DNA of 64,000 nt. Source: Lytechinus pictus. Lineage: Eukaryota. The translations under genes were made by a program, and so were the position numbers. Below the pieces are notes generated by a model. The model was not told the origin of the DNA. It searched no databases and worked only from the letters and a program-made list of their open reading frames with translations. The stretch lies in assembly GCF_037042905.1 (NCBI RefSeq), contig NW_026974140.1, forward strand, positions 248,001 to 312,000. The letters run 5' to 3'. Shown one piece after another: positions 25,723 to 38,868 of this stretch; the first letter of the stretch is position 1, and every line of letters starts with the position of its first letter.

Positions 25723-28700
25723 ATGGTTAAGCAATACCCATGCAACTTATGCTCTAAATGTGTCAAAAATAATCAAAGGGGACTCTTATGTACACATTGT
25801 GAAAATTGGGTGCATATAACATGTGCAAGCATCCCCGTAGATGTCTACAGTGATTTATCAGAACATTTTCCTTGTTGGATGTGTCAAAAGTGCTTAATGA
25901 AGCTATTGCCATTTTATGATGAGAAAGTTATAAATGATTCAAACAAAAAAAAACATCACAACCCTCAAGCGGTGAAATAGGCAGACGGGCCAAGTGAATT
26001 TAAATTTGAGGCATTGTGTAAAAAGGGTCTGAAATGCATACAATTGAATATTGTTAGTCTGATGAAAAATGTTGATGAGTTGAAATCAATAATCTTGAAA
26101 AATGACGTTCATGTATGTGCACTCAACGAAACCAGGTTAGACGAAGGAATTCAAGATGGTGAAGTACAAATCCCTGGTTATTCCATTGTAAGAAAAGACC
26201 GAAACCGATATGGAGGTGGAGTGGCCGTTTACGTTCATAATAGTATCTGTTTCAAAGTTTTGGAAAATAGGTCCTTACTTGGGTTAGAAGCTATTCTCAT
26301 TTCGATTGAATTAAAAAACTCACAACCCATTTTTTTCCTAAATTGGTACAGGCCACCTAGTTCTGGACGTGAAGTCTTAGATACATACGATGATTTGCTG
26401 TTATTTATGGCAAACTTCAATCATCATTCAGTTATTATGGGTGATACAAATTTTGATATCTACCGAAAACCCTTCCTTCTGCATACAAATAAATATGATC
26501 AAATAAATAACATTTATGGATTCCAGTATCTAAATACTACAAAATACACCAGAGTTACGAATGAGACAGCCACTCTTATTGATCACATGCTGACAAATAA
26601 TTGTTTGTATGTAAAAACCTCAGGTGTTCTTGAAGTGTGCATGGGTGATCATTTTATGAATTACTTAATTTGAAAAACAAACCATCCCCCCAACCATGAT
26701 CATAATTATGTAACTTTTAGAAAGTCTAAGGATGTTGATTGGGATTCGCTTCATAAAGATCTCATTGAGCAAAACTGGAAAGAAATTGAGGCTATTGTTA
26801 ATTTGGGTGATGCCGTTAAGAAATGAGAAGAAAAGGTGTTACTGGTTATTAACAAACACATGCCGATAAAGACAAAGCGCATGCGCATAAAATACTCCCC
26901 CTGGCTGAACGAGTCAATCTATAGATTAATGAGAAAAGGAGATAAAGCAAAAAAGAAAGCGGTTTCTCAAAATGATGAACAGTTGTGGAAGGAGTATAGG
27001 CGGCTGAGAAATAAAGTCACTTATGTTATTAGGAAAACTAAGAAACAATATTATATTGATAAACTATCTGAGTGCTCTGGTAGAAACCAAACGTGGAATG
27101 TTCTTAAATCTTTTTTGCCAAGTTAATAGTGCAACATCCAATCTATCATGCGATGACTCCTTCAGTAAAGCTTCTGAATTTAATGAACACTTTGCTAATG
27201 TCACCACAAATTTGTTAAGTAAAATAAGCTTAGGGAGAATGAAGTGAATATTACTAGTTCAGAGTCAGTACCATGTCATAACATTATGTCCTCATTTACG
27301 GTTGTCTCTGAGGCCCAGGTAATGGATGTTATTAATAAATTAAAAATTAAAAATCGGTCGGAATATCGGTTCAGGTTCTGAAAGCATGTGCTGATATATT
27401 GATTAAGTCTATAAACTCATTTGATTAATAAATCTATTATAGAGGGCAATGTTCCAGAACAGTAGAAAATTGCCAAGATAATACCGCTACATAAAAAAAG
27501 AGATAAGTTAAACCCCGATAATTATAGGCCAATATCTTTACTGCCTTGTATTTCGAAAGTAGTTTTGTTACAGTTATCACATCATCTTAACGCCAACAAT
27601 GTATTAGTGCCAGTTCAATCGGGATTCAGAGCAAAACACTCTACTGTGACTGCCCTTGTTACGGTAACAGATGAATGGTTTTTGGCCATGGATAAAGGTG
27701 AATACACTGGGGCAATATTCGTGGACTTACGAAAAGCCTTCGACACAGTCGATCACTATGTTATGTTGAACAAATTGTCTAATATTGGGATAAAAGGTGT
27801 AGTACTTCAGTGGTTCGGGAGTTATTTAACTGGGAGGAGGATAGTGACTAAGGTCAACGATGCTTTGTCCAATGAAGAATATTTAACCCATGGCGTGCCC
27901 CAGGGCTCACTTCTTGGCCCCTTGCTATTTTGTATTTTCATTAATGACTTACCTAACGTCTTTCAGTCATGTCGTGTTCATCTGTATGCAGATGATACGG
28001 TTATATATTATTCCGACAAAGACGTTAAAGCTGTGGAATCCACTTTAAACACAGATATGCAAGCTTTAGATAAGTGGATGTCTCAAAACAAGTTATTGGT
28101 TAACTATACGAAGACTGTCAGTATGCTCTTTGGTACGAGATGTAAAGAAGTGTAAGGCACTAGATGTAAAAATAGACAATACCAACGTCCAAAAAGTTAA
28201 TACTACAAAATATCTCGGAATTCACATTGACGCTGAATTGAAATGGGATATTCATATACATAACATGTGTCAGAAAATCAGTAAACTGGTTAGTTTTCTT
28301 GAACGGTTAAGACATTTTGTTAATGAATCAAGCTTAAATTTGATATACAAATCCGCCATTTTGCCACATTTTGATTACGCGAACGTCATTTGGTATTCCG
28401 CTCCACAAGGTTCTCTGTCAGCCCTTCAAAAACTCCAGAATAGAGCTGGCCGTATAATTATGAAAATAAATCCCAACTCTTTTGTCTCCAAACAACATAT
28501 TCATGAGACTTTGAAATAGGAATTTCTTGAATGCCGCTATAAAAAGCATATATGTACAATGATTTATAAAATATTGCACAATCTTTTTCCAAACTATATG
28601 TCTGATAACATTTCTATAAGAACTTTAAATTATTCGCTTCGTTCGAACCAAAACCTTAATTTACCCAAGCCAAATTCTAACAATTGTAAAAGGACATTTT

Positions 28701-28801
28701 TCTATAGGGGGATATCAATTTATAATCAATTGCCCAATGAAATTCGTAGTGCACCAATTTTAAGTTCCTTTCATACTCTATTATATGATTATTTAGATTG
28801 A
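25723..28801 (+). pseudogene. LINE ORF2: PHD finger, AP endonuclease and reverse transcriptase, with stops and frameshifts
   Basis: C4HC3 PHD (YPCNLC..LLCTHCENWVHITC..WMCQKC) in frame with APE (LNETRL, RKDR.RYGGGVAVYV, WYRPP, MGDTN, TLIDH, GDH). RT motifs YRPISLL, QSGFR, DLRKAFDTVDH, GVPQGSLLGPLLF, LYADDT and KYLGI. Confidence 0.93.
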
Positions 28802-28872
28802 GCATTTGTATTTCTTTTTTCTTTTTCTTTTTGTTTTTGTAAGTTTTTTTTTTCTGTCAATGTATTTTACTC

Positions 28873-28908
<36 letters not shown>

Positions 28909-29459
28909 GTATATTACTTTGTATGGTAAATGTAGGACCCCAAGGAAGAACAGCAGTGTTTTTAAAATACAGCTGAATTGGGTGATCCTCCGTTAGTGTA
29001 TGTATCTCTCTTGTATATTGTATATTTTTTTTTATCTGATTCGGAAATAAAAACAAACAAACAAACAAACAACCAAAATTAGCCACTTGTATATTGTATA
29101 TTTTTTTTAATCTGATTCGGAAATAAAAACAAACAAACAAACAAACAACCATGAATTGGGTGATCCTCCGTTAGTGTATGTATCTCTCTTGTAAATTGTA
29201 TATTTTTTTTTATCTGATTCGGAAATAAAAACAAACAAACAAACAAACAACCAAAATTAGCCACATTACGAACTACATGTATGCTTCCTTAAGTCTGAAA
29301 ATACATATGACATGTGTATGCATACTATGATTGTCTCCGCAACCATGTTGCATCTGTGTATTCCTTCTAGACAAACACTGTTATTGCCCACCCAACCTTT
29401 TAACCTTATGCAGGCCAAAGAGTTGCCTTCAGATTTTCCGTGCTTCTAATGTCCAACAG

Positions 29460-31983
29460 AAAATCCATATCTCTCCCAACCTCCCAACCATGCTGACATA
29501 ATTGTGCCCGACCTTCCAACCATAATGTAATGTCTCACAGGACCATCATAAATGTTGATACTCAAAATTTCCAAAACATTTTCCAAGCTCCTATTCTGCA
29601 CCATAGAGCTCAAGGACTCTATGTCTCTCTAAACCTCACAACCATGCTGACACGCTTCTGCCTAGCCTCCCAACCATAATGTAATGTCTTACAGGAACAT
29701 CTTTAATTGTGATACACACAATTTCCTAATTTTTTTCCATGCTCCTAATTTGCATCATAGAGCTCAAGGACTCAATGTCTCTCCCAACCTCCCAACCATG
29801 CTGACATAGTTCTTCAAAACCTCCCAACCATAATGTAATGTCTCACAGGAACATCTTTAATCGTGATACACAAGATTTCCGAAACATTTTCCATGCTCCT
29901 TATTTGCATCATAGAGCTCAAGGACTCAATGTCTCTCCCAACCTCACAACCATGCTGACATAATTCTGCCCAACCTCCCAACCATAATGTAATGTCTCAC
30001 AGGAGCATCGTAAATCGTGGTACTCAAAATGTCCTAAACATTTCCATGCTCCTAATTTGCATCATAGAGCTCAAGGACTCAATGTCTCTCCCAACCTCCC
30101 AACCATGCTGAAATAATTCTTCCCAACCTCCCAACCATAATGTAATGTCTTACAGGAGCATCGTAAATCGTGATACACAAAATTTCCGAAACATTTTCCA
30201 TGCTCCTTATTTGCATCATAGAGCTCAAGGACTCAATGTCTCCCCCAACCTCACAACCATGCTGACATAATTCTGCCCAACCTCCCAACCATAATGAAAT
30301 GTCTCACAGGAACATCTTTAATCGTGGTACACAAAATTTCCAAAACATTTCAAGGCTCCTTATTTGCATCATAGAGCTCAAGGACTCAATGTCTCTCCCA
30401 ACCTCGCAACCATGCTGACATAAATCTTCCCAACCTCCAAACCATAATGTAATGTCTCACAGGAGCATCGTAAATCGTGGTACACTAACTGTCCTTAACA
30501 TTCTCCATGCTCCTAATTTGCATCGTAGAGCTCAAGGACTCAAAGTCTCTCCCAACCTCCCACCTTGCTGACATAATTCTGCCCAACCTCCCAACCATAA
30601 TGTAATGTCTCACAGGAGCATCGTAAATCGTGGTACACAAAATGTCCTAAACATTTCCATGCTCCTAATTTGCATCATAGAGCTCAAGGACTCAATGTCT
30701 CTCCCAACCTCCCAACCATGCTGACATAATTCTTCCCAACCTCCCAACCATAATGTAATGTCTCAAAGGAGCATCATAATCGTGATACACAAGAATTCCT
30801 AAACATTTTCATGCTCCTAATGTGCATCATAGAGCTCAAGGACTCAATGTCTTACTAAACCTCACAGCCAATGCTGACACAATCCTGCCCAGCCTCCAAA
30901 CCATAATGTAATTTCTCACAGGAACATCAAAAATCGTGGTGCACAAAATGTCCTTAACATTTTCCATGCTCCTAATTTGCATCAGAGAGCTCAAGGACTC
31001 AATGTCTCTCCCAACCTCCCAACCATGCTGACATAAATCTGCCCAATCTCCCAACCATAATGTAATGTCTTACAGGAGCATCGTAAATCGTGGTACACAA
31101 AATGTCCTAAACATTTCCATGCTCCTAATTTGCATCATAGAGCTCAAGGACTCAATGTCTCTCCAAACCTCACAGCCAATGCTGACACAATCCTGCCCAG
31201 CCTCCCAACCATAATGTAATGTCTCACAAGAACATTTTTAATCGTGATACACAACATTTCCTTAAAAAAATTTCCATGCTCCTAATGTGCATCATAGAGC
31301 TCAAGGACTCAATGTCTCTCCCAACCTCCCAACCATGCTGACATAAATCTGCCCAACCTCCCAACCATAATGTAATGTCTTACAGGAGCATCGTAAATCG
31401 TGGTACACAAAATGTCCTAAACATTTCCATGCTCCTAATTTGCATCATAGAGCTCAAGGACTCAATGTCTCTCCCAACCTCCCAACCATGCTGCCATAAT
31501 TCTTCCCAACCTCCCAACCATAATGTAATGTCTCACAGGAGCATCGTAAATCGTGGTACACAAAATGTCCTAAACATTTCCATGCTTCTAATTTGCATCA
31601 TAGAGCTCAAGGACTCAATGTCTCTTTCAACCTCCCAACCATGCTGACATAATTCTTCCCAACCTCCCAACCATAATGTAAAGTCTCACAGGAGCATCAT
31701 AATTGTGATACACAATAATTCCTAAACATTTTTCATGCTCGTAATGCGCATCATAGAGCTCAAGGACTCAATGTCTCCCCAAACCTCACAACCATGCTGA
31801 CATAATTCTTCCCAACCTCCCAACTATAATGTAATGTCTCACAGGAGCACCGTAAATCGTGGTACACAAAATGTCCTTAACATTTTCCATGCTCCTAATT
31901 TGCATCGTAGAGCTCAAGGACTCAAAGTCTCTCCCAACCTCACATCCACGCTGACATAATTCTGGCCAACCTCCCAACCATAA
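29460..31983. repeat. ~153-bp satellite, ~17 copies
   Basis: gagctcaagg at 29606, 29760, 29914, 30067, 30221, 30374, 30528, 30680, 30832, 30987, 31140, 31297, 31450, 31603, 31756 and 31910. Confidence 0.95.
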
Positions 31984-32627
31984 TGTCGTGTTGGGATCGG
32001 TAATTATAAGAAGGGAAGCGTAATGAGGAAACTTTGAAAAGAATTATACAGTTCAAGTATTTAATCATCAATATTCAGCTACAGTTCCAAGTACATGAAG
32101 ATTCAGATATCATATAATACGATGAATATAAAATAATTGAGAAGTATCAGATTGAGATTCGGAGTGAAGTTAAATTAAGATTCGATGGACGTCTAAGTCT
32201 TGAAGTCAGTCAGTATATCTGGATGAGTGTTGGTCTAGTATTATATCGTTGTATTATATCCCTCCAATAATCAAGACGTCTTATTTATATCATTAGTTTT
32301 GGAGGTGTAACAATTTAAGGTGGGAGTGATCTCTAAACTTGATATGATTGGTCTACCAGTAACTGTCTATCAAACTTTCTCTGGTATAAGGGGTGTGGTG
32401 ATGCTCTATGCAAGTGACTGGGGCTGGAAGTGTGAGTCATACTTCTTAGAACTTTTGTTCCTTAAAGTTAGCTGACGTCAATGAGGGTTGGTATTTTTAT
32501 GGTAAGGTTTAGGAGTTAAATGGTATTGGGGGTTTGGGAATTCTTAGATGACATTGGGGGAGTTTGTAAACAAGTGAAGGTGAATGACTGAAATGATAAC
32601 AGGAAGTTGAATACATACTACATAACA
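31984..32627 (-). mobile_element. LTR of an LTR retrotransposon (3' LTR with PPT remnant)
   Basis: The minus strand reads tgttatg...cacgaca (TG..CA, short TIR), with TATA-like tataaataa (~32281-32289) followed by attaaa (~32060). It is preceded by purine-rich aggggc. No TSD. Confidence 0.7.
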
Positions 32628-32632
32628 GCCCC

Positions 32633-35600
32633 TAAAATGAAGTCGAAATTGTTAATTTTTTTGCATACATGTGTCTCCTTTATAATGAAAAAAGGTTGCA
32701 GTGATGAATATATAATGCACTAAATCAGTTGTCAGTTCAATTTTTGAAGTTCTTGGGAGAAAAATGTAGAATAAACCTAATTTCATATAATAAAATGAAA
32801 AAGAACAAGTGGGGATATGACACCATCGATTTGCTCATTGAATATTCATGACGACATTCCTAGAACTGTTTCACCAGAATAATGCCAATCTTAAAAATGC
32901 CATAACTTTATTATCATTATTATTTGTTTTGGCGTCACCTGTGCCTGGGAGGTGAAAAGCGAACTGAATCACTATGACCCGCAGGTTTCTCCTCCCGATA
33001 TAACTGATTTATTAATCCTTGTCCGAATTTGATCAAATTTTCAGTGTTTTGTTTGTCTTGATTTTTCTCTTTCCGTTCAAACCATATTATTTTCAGCTCG
33101 GAGCATCGGGAACTGTATAGTATGTGTCAAATTACCATTTACTATATTGTCCTTTTGATCCACGACAGATTTTAAAGTCATGTCCAGTTTTGTGCTATAT
33201 ACCAGTTTTATCAAAAGCCAGCATTAGAAATGTCATCTTGCACGAAATACCAAATCCATCATATAACAATAACAACCAACACATAATTATTTACATTAGT
33301 GAGATAAAAGTTGAAGATATGTTATAACTGGCAAGTATTAAAACCCAAATTTACTGGGCTTAACATAGAAAAGGCGCGACTATAAATATATGTAGTGTAG
33401 AGAATTTGGCAAAAACCAACTAAATGACAAAGAAAACTTGGCATAATTGATGTGATTGACCTGTGGTAAAACCTAAAGTGTACTTTGGGCTGAAAATATT
33501 CAAATATAAATAAATAGTGAAATTCACAGAGCAATTTGCTGAAAATTTCATCAAAATCGGATTACAAATGGCGAAGGTATTAAATCTTAAAGTTTAGCAA
33601 TATTTTGTGAAAATAGTTATATGCGCGTCATCATGAATTAATTAGGTGGGCTGATGATGTCAAATCCCCACTTTCCGTTTTTATATGTTATAAAATGAAG
33701 TCGAAATTGTTTATTTTTTGCATACATGTGTCTCCTTTATAATGAAAAAAGGTTGCAGTGATGAATATACAATGCACTAAATCAGTTGTCAGTTCAATTT
33801 GTGAAGTTCATCGGAGAAAAATGTAGAATAAACCTAATTTCATATAATAAAATGAAAAAGAACAAGTGGGGATATGACACCATCGATTTGCTCATTGAAT
33901 ATTCATGACGACATGCCTAGAACTGTTTCACCAGAATAATGCCAATCTTAAAAAATGCCATAACTTTATTATTATTATTATTTGTTTTGGCGTCACCTGT
34001 GCCTGGGAGGTGAAAAGCGAACTGAATCACTATGACCCGCAGGTTTCTCCTCCCGATATAACTTATTTATTAATCCTTGTCCGACTTTGATCAAATTTTC
34101 AGTGTTTTGTTTGTCTTGATTTTTCTCTATCCTTTCAAACCATATTATTTTCAGCTCGGAGCATCGGGAACTGTATAGTATGTGTCAAATTACCATTTAC
34201 TATATTGTCCTTTTGATCCACGACAGATTTTAAAGTCATGTCCAGTTTTGTGCTATACACCAGTTTTATCAAAAGCCAGCATTAGAAATGTCATCTTGCA
34301 CGAAATACCAAATCCATCATATAACAATAACAACCAACACATAATTATTTACATTAGTGAGATAAAAGTTGAAGATATGTTATAACTGGCAAGTATTAAA
34401 ACCCAAATTTACTGGGCTTAACATAGAAAAGGCACGACTATAAATATATGTAGTGTAGAGAATTTGGCAAAAACCAACTAAATGACAAAGAAAACTTGGC
34501 ATAATTGATGTGATTGACCTCTGGTAAAACCTAAAGTGTACTTTGGGCTGAAAATATTCAAATATAAATAAATAGTGAAATTCACAGAGCAATTTGCTGA
34601 AAATTTCATCAAAATCGGATTACAAATGGCGAAGGTATTAAATCTTAAAGTTTAGCAATATTTTGTGAAAATAGTTATATGCGCGTCATCATGAATTAAT
34701 TAGGTGGGCTGATGATGTCAAATCCCCACTTTCCGTTTTTATATGTTATAAAATGAAGTCGAAATTGTTTATTTTTTGCATACATGTGTCTCCTTTATAA
34801 TGAAAAAAGGTTGCAGTGATGAATATACAATGCACTAAATCAGTTGTCAGTTCAATTTGTGAAGTTCATCGGAGAAAAATGTAGAATAAACCTAATTTCA
34901 TATAATAAAATGAAAAAGAACAAGTGGGGATATGACACCATCGATTTGCTCATTGAATATTCATGACGACATGCCTAGAACTGTTTCACCAGAATAATGC
35001 CAATCTTAAAAAATGCCATAACTTTATTATTATTATTATTTGTTTTGGCGTCACCTGTGCCTGGGAGGTGAAAAGCGAACTGAATCACTATGACCCGCAG
35101 GTTTCTCCTCCCGATATAACTTATTTATTAATCCTTGTCCGACTTTGATCAAATTTTCAGTGTTTTGTTTGTCTTGATTTTTCTCTATCCGTTCAAACCA
35201 TATTATTTTCAGCTCGGAGCATCGGGAACTGTATAGTATGTGTCAAATTACCATTTACTATATTGTCCTTTTGATCCACGACAGATTTTAAAGTCATGTC
35301 CAGTTTTGTGCTATACACCAGTTTTATCAAAAGCCAGCATTAGAAATGTCATCTTGCACGAAATACCAAATCCATCATATAACAATAACAACCAACACAT
35401 AATTATTTACATTAGTGAGATAAAAGTTGAAGATATGTTATAACTGGCAAGTATTAAAACCCAAATTTACTGGGCTTAACATAGAAAAGGCACGACTATA
35501 AATATATGTAGTGTAGAGAATTTGGCAAAAACCAACTAAATGACAAAGAAAACTTGGCATAATTGATGTGATTGACCTCTGGTAAAATCTAAAGTGTACT

Positions 35601-38600
35601 TTGGGCTAAAAATATTCAAATATAAATAAATAGTGAAATTCACAGAGCAATTTGCTGAAAATTTCATCAAAATCGGATTACAAATGGCGAAGGTATTAAA
35701 TCTTAAAGTTTAGCAATATTTTGTGAAAATAGTTATATGCGCGTCATCATGAATTCATTAGGTGGGCTGATGATGTCACATCCCCACTTTCCTGTTTTAT
35801 ATGTTATAAAATGAAGTCGAAATTGTTTAATTTGTGCATACATGTGTCTCCTTTATAATGAAAAAAAAAGGTGCAGTGATGAATATATAATGCTCTAAAT
35901 CAGTTGTCAGTATAATTTTTGAAGTTCTTGGGAGAAAATTTTAAAATAAACCTAATTTCATATAATACAACGAAAAAGAACAAGTTGGGATATGACACCA
36001 TCAATTTGCTTAAAGAATATTTATGATGACATGCCTAGAACTGTTTTACCAGAATAATGCCAAGCTTAAAAAAATCCATAACTTTATTATTATTTGTTTT
36101 GGCGTCACCTGTGCCTGGGAGGTGAAAAGCGAACTGAATCACTATGACCCGCAGGTTTCTCCTCCCGATATAACTGATTTATTAATCCTTGTCCGACTTT
36201 GATCAAATTTTCAGTGTTTTGTTTGTCTTGATTTTTCTCTATCCGTTCAAACCATATTATTTTCAGCTCGGAGCATCGGGAACTGTATAGTATGTGTCAA
36301 ATTACCATTTACTATATTGTCCTTTTGATCCACGACACATTTTAAAGTCATGTCCAGTTTTGTGCTATATACCAGTTTTATCAAAAGCCAGCATTAGAAA
36401 TGTCATCTTGCACGAAATACCAAATCCATCATATAACAATAACAACCAACACATAATTATTTACATTAGTGAGATAAAAGTTGAAGATATGTTATAACTG
36501 GCAAGTATCAAAACCCAAATTTACTGGGCTTAACATAGAAAAGGCACGACTATAAATATATGTAGTGTAGAGAATTTGGCAAAAACCAACTAAATGACAA
36601 AGAAAACTTGGCATAATTGATGTGATTGACCTCTGGTAAAACCTAAAGTGTACTTTGGGCTGAAAATATTCATATCTAAATAAATAGTGAAATTCACAGA
36701 GCAATTTGCTGAAAATTTCATCAAAATCGGATTACAAATGGCGAAGGTGTTAAATCTTAAAGTTTAGCAATATTTTGTGAAAATAGTTATATGCGCGTCA
36801 TCATGAATTCATTAGGTGGGCTGATGATGTCAAATCCCCACTTTCCTTTTTTATATGTTTTAAAATGAAGTCGAAATTGTTTATTTGTTGCATACATGTG
36901 TCTCCTTTATAATGAAAAAAAAGGTTGCAGTGATGAATATATAACGCACTAAATCAATTGTCAGTTTAATTTTTGAAGTTCTTGGGAGAAAAATGTAGAA
37001 TAAACCTAATTTCATATAATAAAATGAAAAAGAACAAGTGGGGATATGACACCATCAATTTGCTCATTGAATATTCATGACGACATGCCTAGAACTGTTT
37101 CACCAGAATAATGCCAATCTAAAAAAATGCCATAACTTTATTATTATCATTATTTGTTTTGGCGTCACCTGTGCCTGGGAGGTGAAAAGCGAACTGAATC
37201 ACTATGACCCGCAGGTTTCTCCTCCCGATATAACTGATTTATTAATCCTTGTCCGACTTTGATCAAATTTTCAGTGTTTTGTTTGTCTTGATTTTTCTCT
37301 ATCCGTTCAAACCATATTATTTTCAGCTCGGAGCATCAGTAACTGTATAGTATGTGTCAAATTACCATTTACTATATTGTCCTTTTGATCCACGACAGAT
37401 TTTAAAGTCATGTCCAGTTTTGTGCTATATACCAGTTTTATCAAAAGCCAGCATTAGAAATGTCATCTTGCACGAAATACCAAATCAATCATATAACAAT
37501 AACAACCAACACATAATTATTTACATTAATGAGATAAAAGTTGAAGATATGTTAAACTGGCAAGTATTAAAACCCAAATTTACTGGGCTTAACATAGAAA
37601 AGGCACGACTATAATTATATGTAGTGTAGAGAATCTGGCAAAAACCAACTAAATGACAAAGAAAACTTGGTATAATTGATGTGATTGACCTCTGGTAAAA
37701 CCTAAAGTGTTCTTTGGGCTGAAAATATTCAAATATAAATAAATAGTGAAATTCACAGAGCAATTTGCTGAAAATTTCATCAAAATCGGATTACAAATGG
37801 CGAAGGTATTAAATCTTAAAGTTTAGCAATATTTTGTGAAAATAGTTATATGCGCGTCATCATGAATTCATTAGGTGGGCTGATGATGTCACATCCCCAC
37901 TTTCCTGTTTTATATGTTATAAAATGAAGTCGAAATTGTTTAATTTGTGCATACATGTGTCTCCTTTATAATGAAAAAAAAAGTTGCAGTGATGAATATA
38001 TAATGCTCTAAATCAGTTGTCAGTTAAATTTTTGAAGTTCTTGGGAGAAAATTTTAAAATAAACCTAATTTCATATAATACAACGAAAAAGAACAAGTGG
38101 GGATATGACACCATCAATTTGCTTAAAGAATATTTATGATGACATGCCTAGAACTGTTTTACCAGAATAATGCCAAGCTTAAAAAAATCCATAACTTTAT
38201 TATTATTTGTTTTGGCGTCACCTGTGCCTGGGAGGTGAAAAGCGAACTGAATCACTATGACCCGCAGGTTTCTCCTCCCGATATAACTGATTTATTAATC
38301 CTTGTCCGACTTTGATCAAATTTTCAGTGTTTTGTTTGTCTTGATTTTTCTCTATCTGTTCAAACCATATTATTTTCAGCTCGGAGCATCGGGAACTGTA
38401 TAGTATGTGTCAAATTACCATTTACTATATTGTCCTTTTGATCCACGACACATTTTAAAGTCATGTCCAGTTTTGTGCTATATACCAGTTTTATCAAAAG
38501 CCAGCATTAGAAATGTCATCTTGCACGAAATACCAAATCCATCATATAACAGTAACAACTAACACATAATTATTTAAATTAATGAGGTAAAAGTTGAAGA

Positions 38601-38868
38601 TATGTTATAACTGGCAAGTATTAAAACCCAAATTTACTTGGCTTAATATAAAAAAGGCACGACTATAAATACATGTAGTGTAGAAAATTTGGCAACACAC
38701 ACATTGCATTTTTGGTTACAGCATACTCAACAAAAGTCACTTGAGTGATTTATAGAACCCGTAGTTTTATCTTTGATTCCTGAAAAGATGTTAATTTGTA
38801 CTGAAAACATGAACAAACTAAATGACAAAGAAAACTTGGCATAATTGGTGTGATTGACCTCTGGTAAA
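32633..38868. repeat. ~1058-bp composite tandem repeat, ~5.7 copies
   Basis: Near-identical ORF-track peptides start at 33124, 34182, 35240, 36294 and 37354 (periods 1058, 1058, 1054, 1060). Each unit is a Kolobok-like MITE plus the retroposon tail plus unique sequence. Confidence 0.97.

Larger units (their letters stand above)
23230..29265 (+). mobile_element. Near full-length CR1/L2-group (Crack/L2-like) LINE, inactivated
   Basis: ORF1 and ORF2 as listed below. The 3' UTR has ggaccccaaggaagaa...gctgaattgggtgatcc, aataaa and an (aaac)n tail. The 5' boundary is approximate and no TSD was found. Confidence 0.9.

Noticed and set aside
30079..31977. Repetitive protein encoded by the 153-bp satellite
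   Set aside because: Frequent 1-bp indels and stops between units, and no splice context.
33124..37763. Repeated 61-86 aa ORFs that look like a tandem gene family
   Set aside because: They arise from the 1058-bp repeat, cross MITE and retroposon boundaries, mostly use non-ATG starts, and show no recognisable domain.
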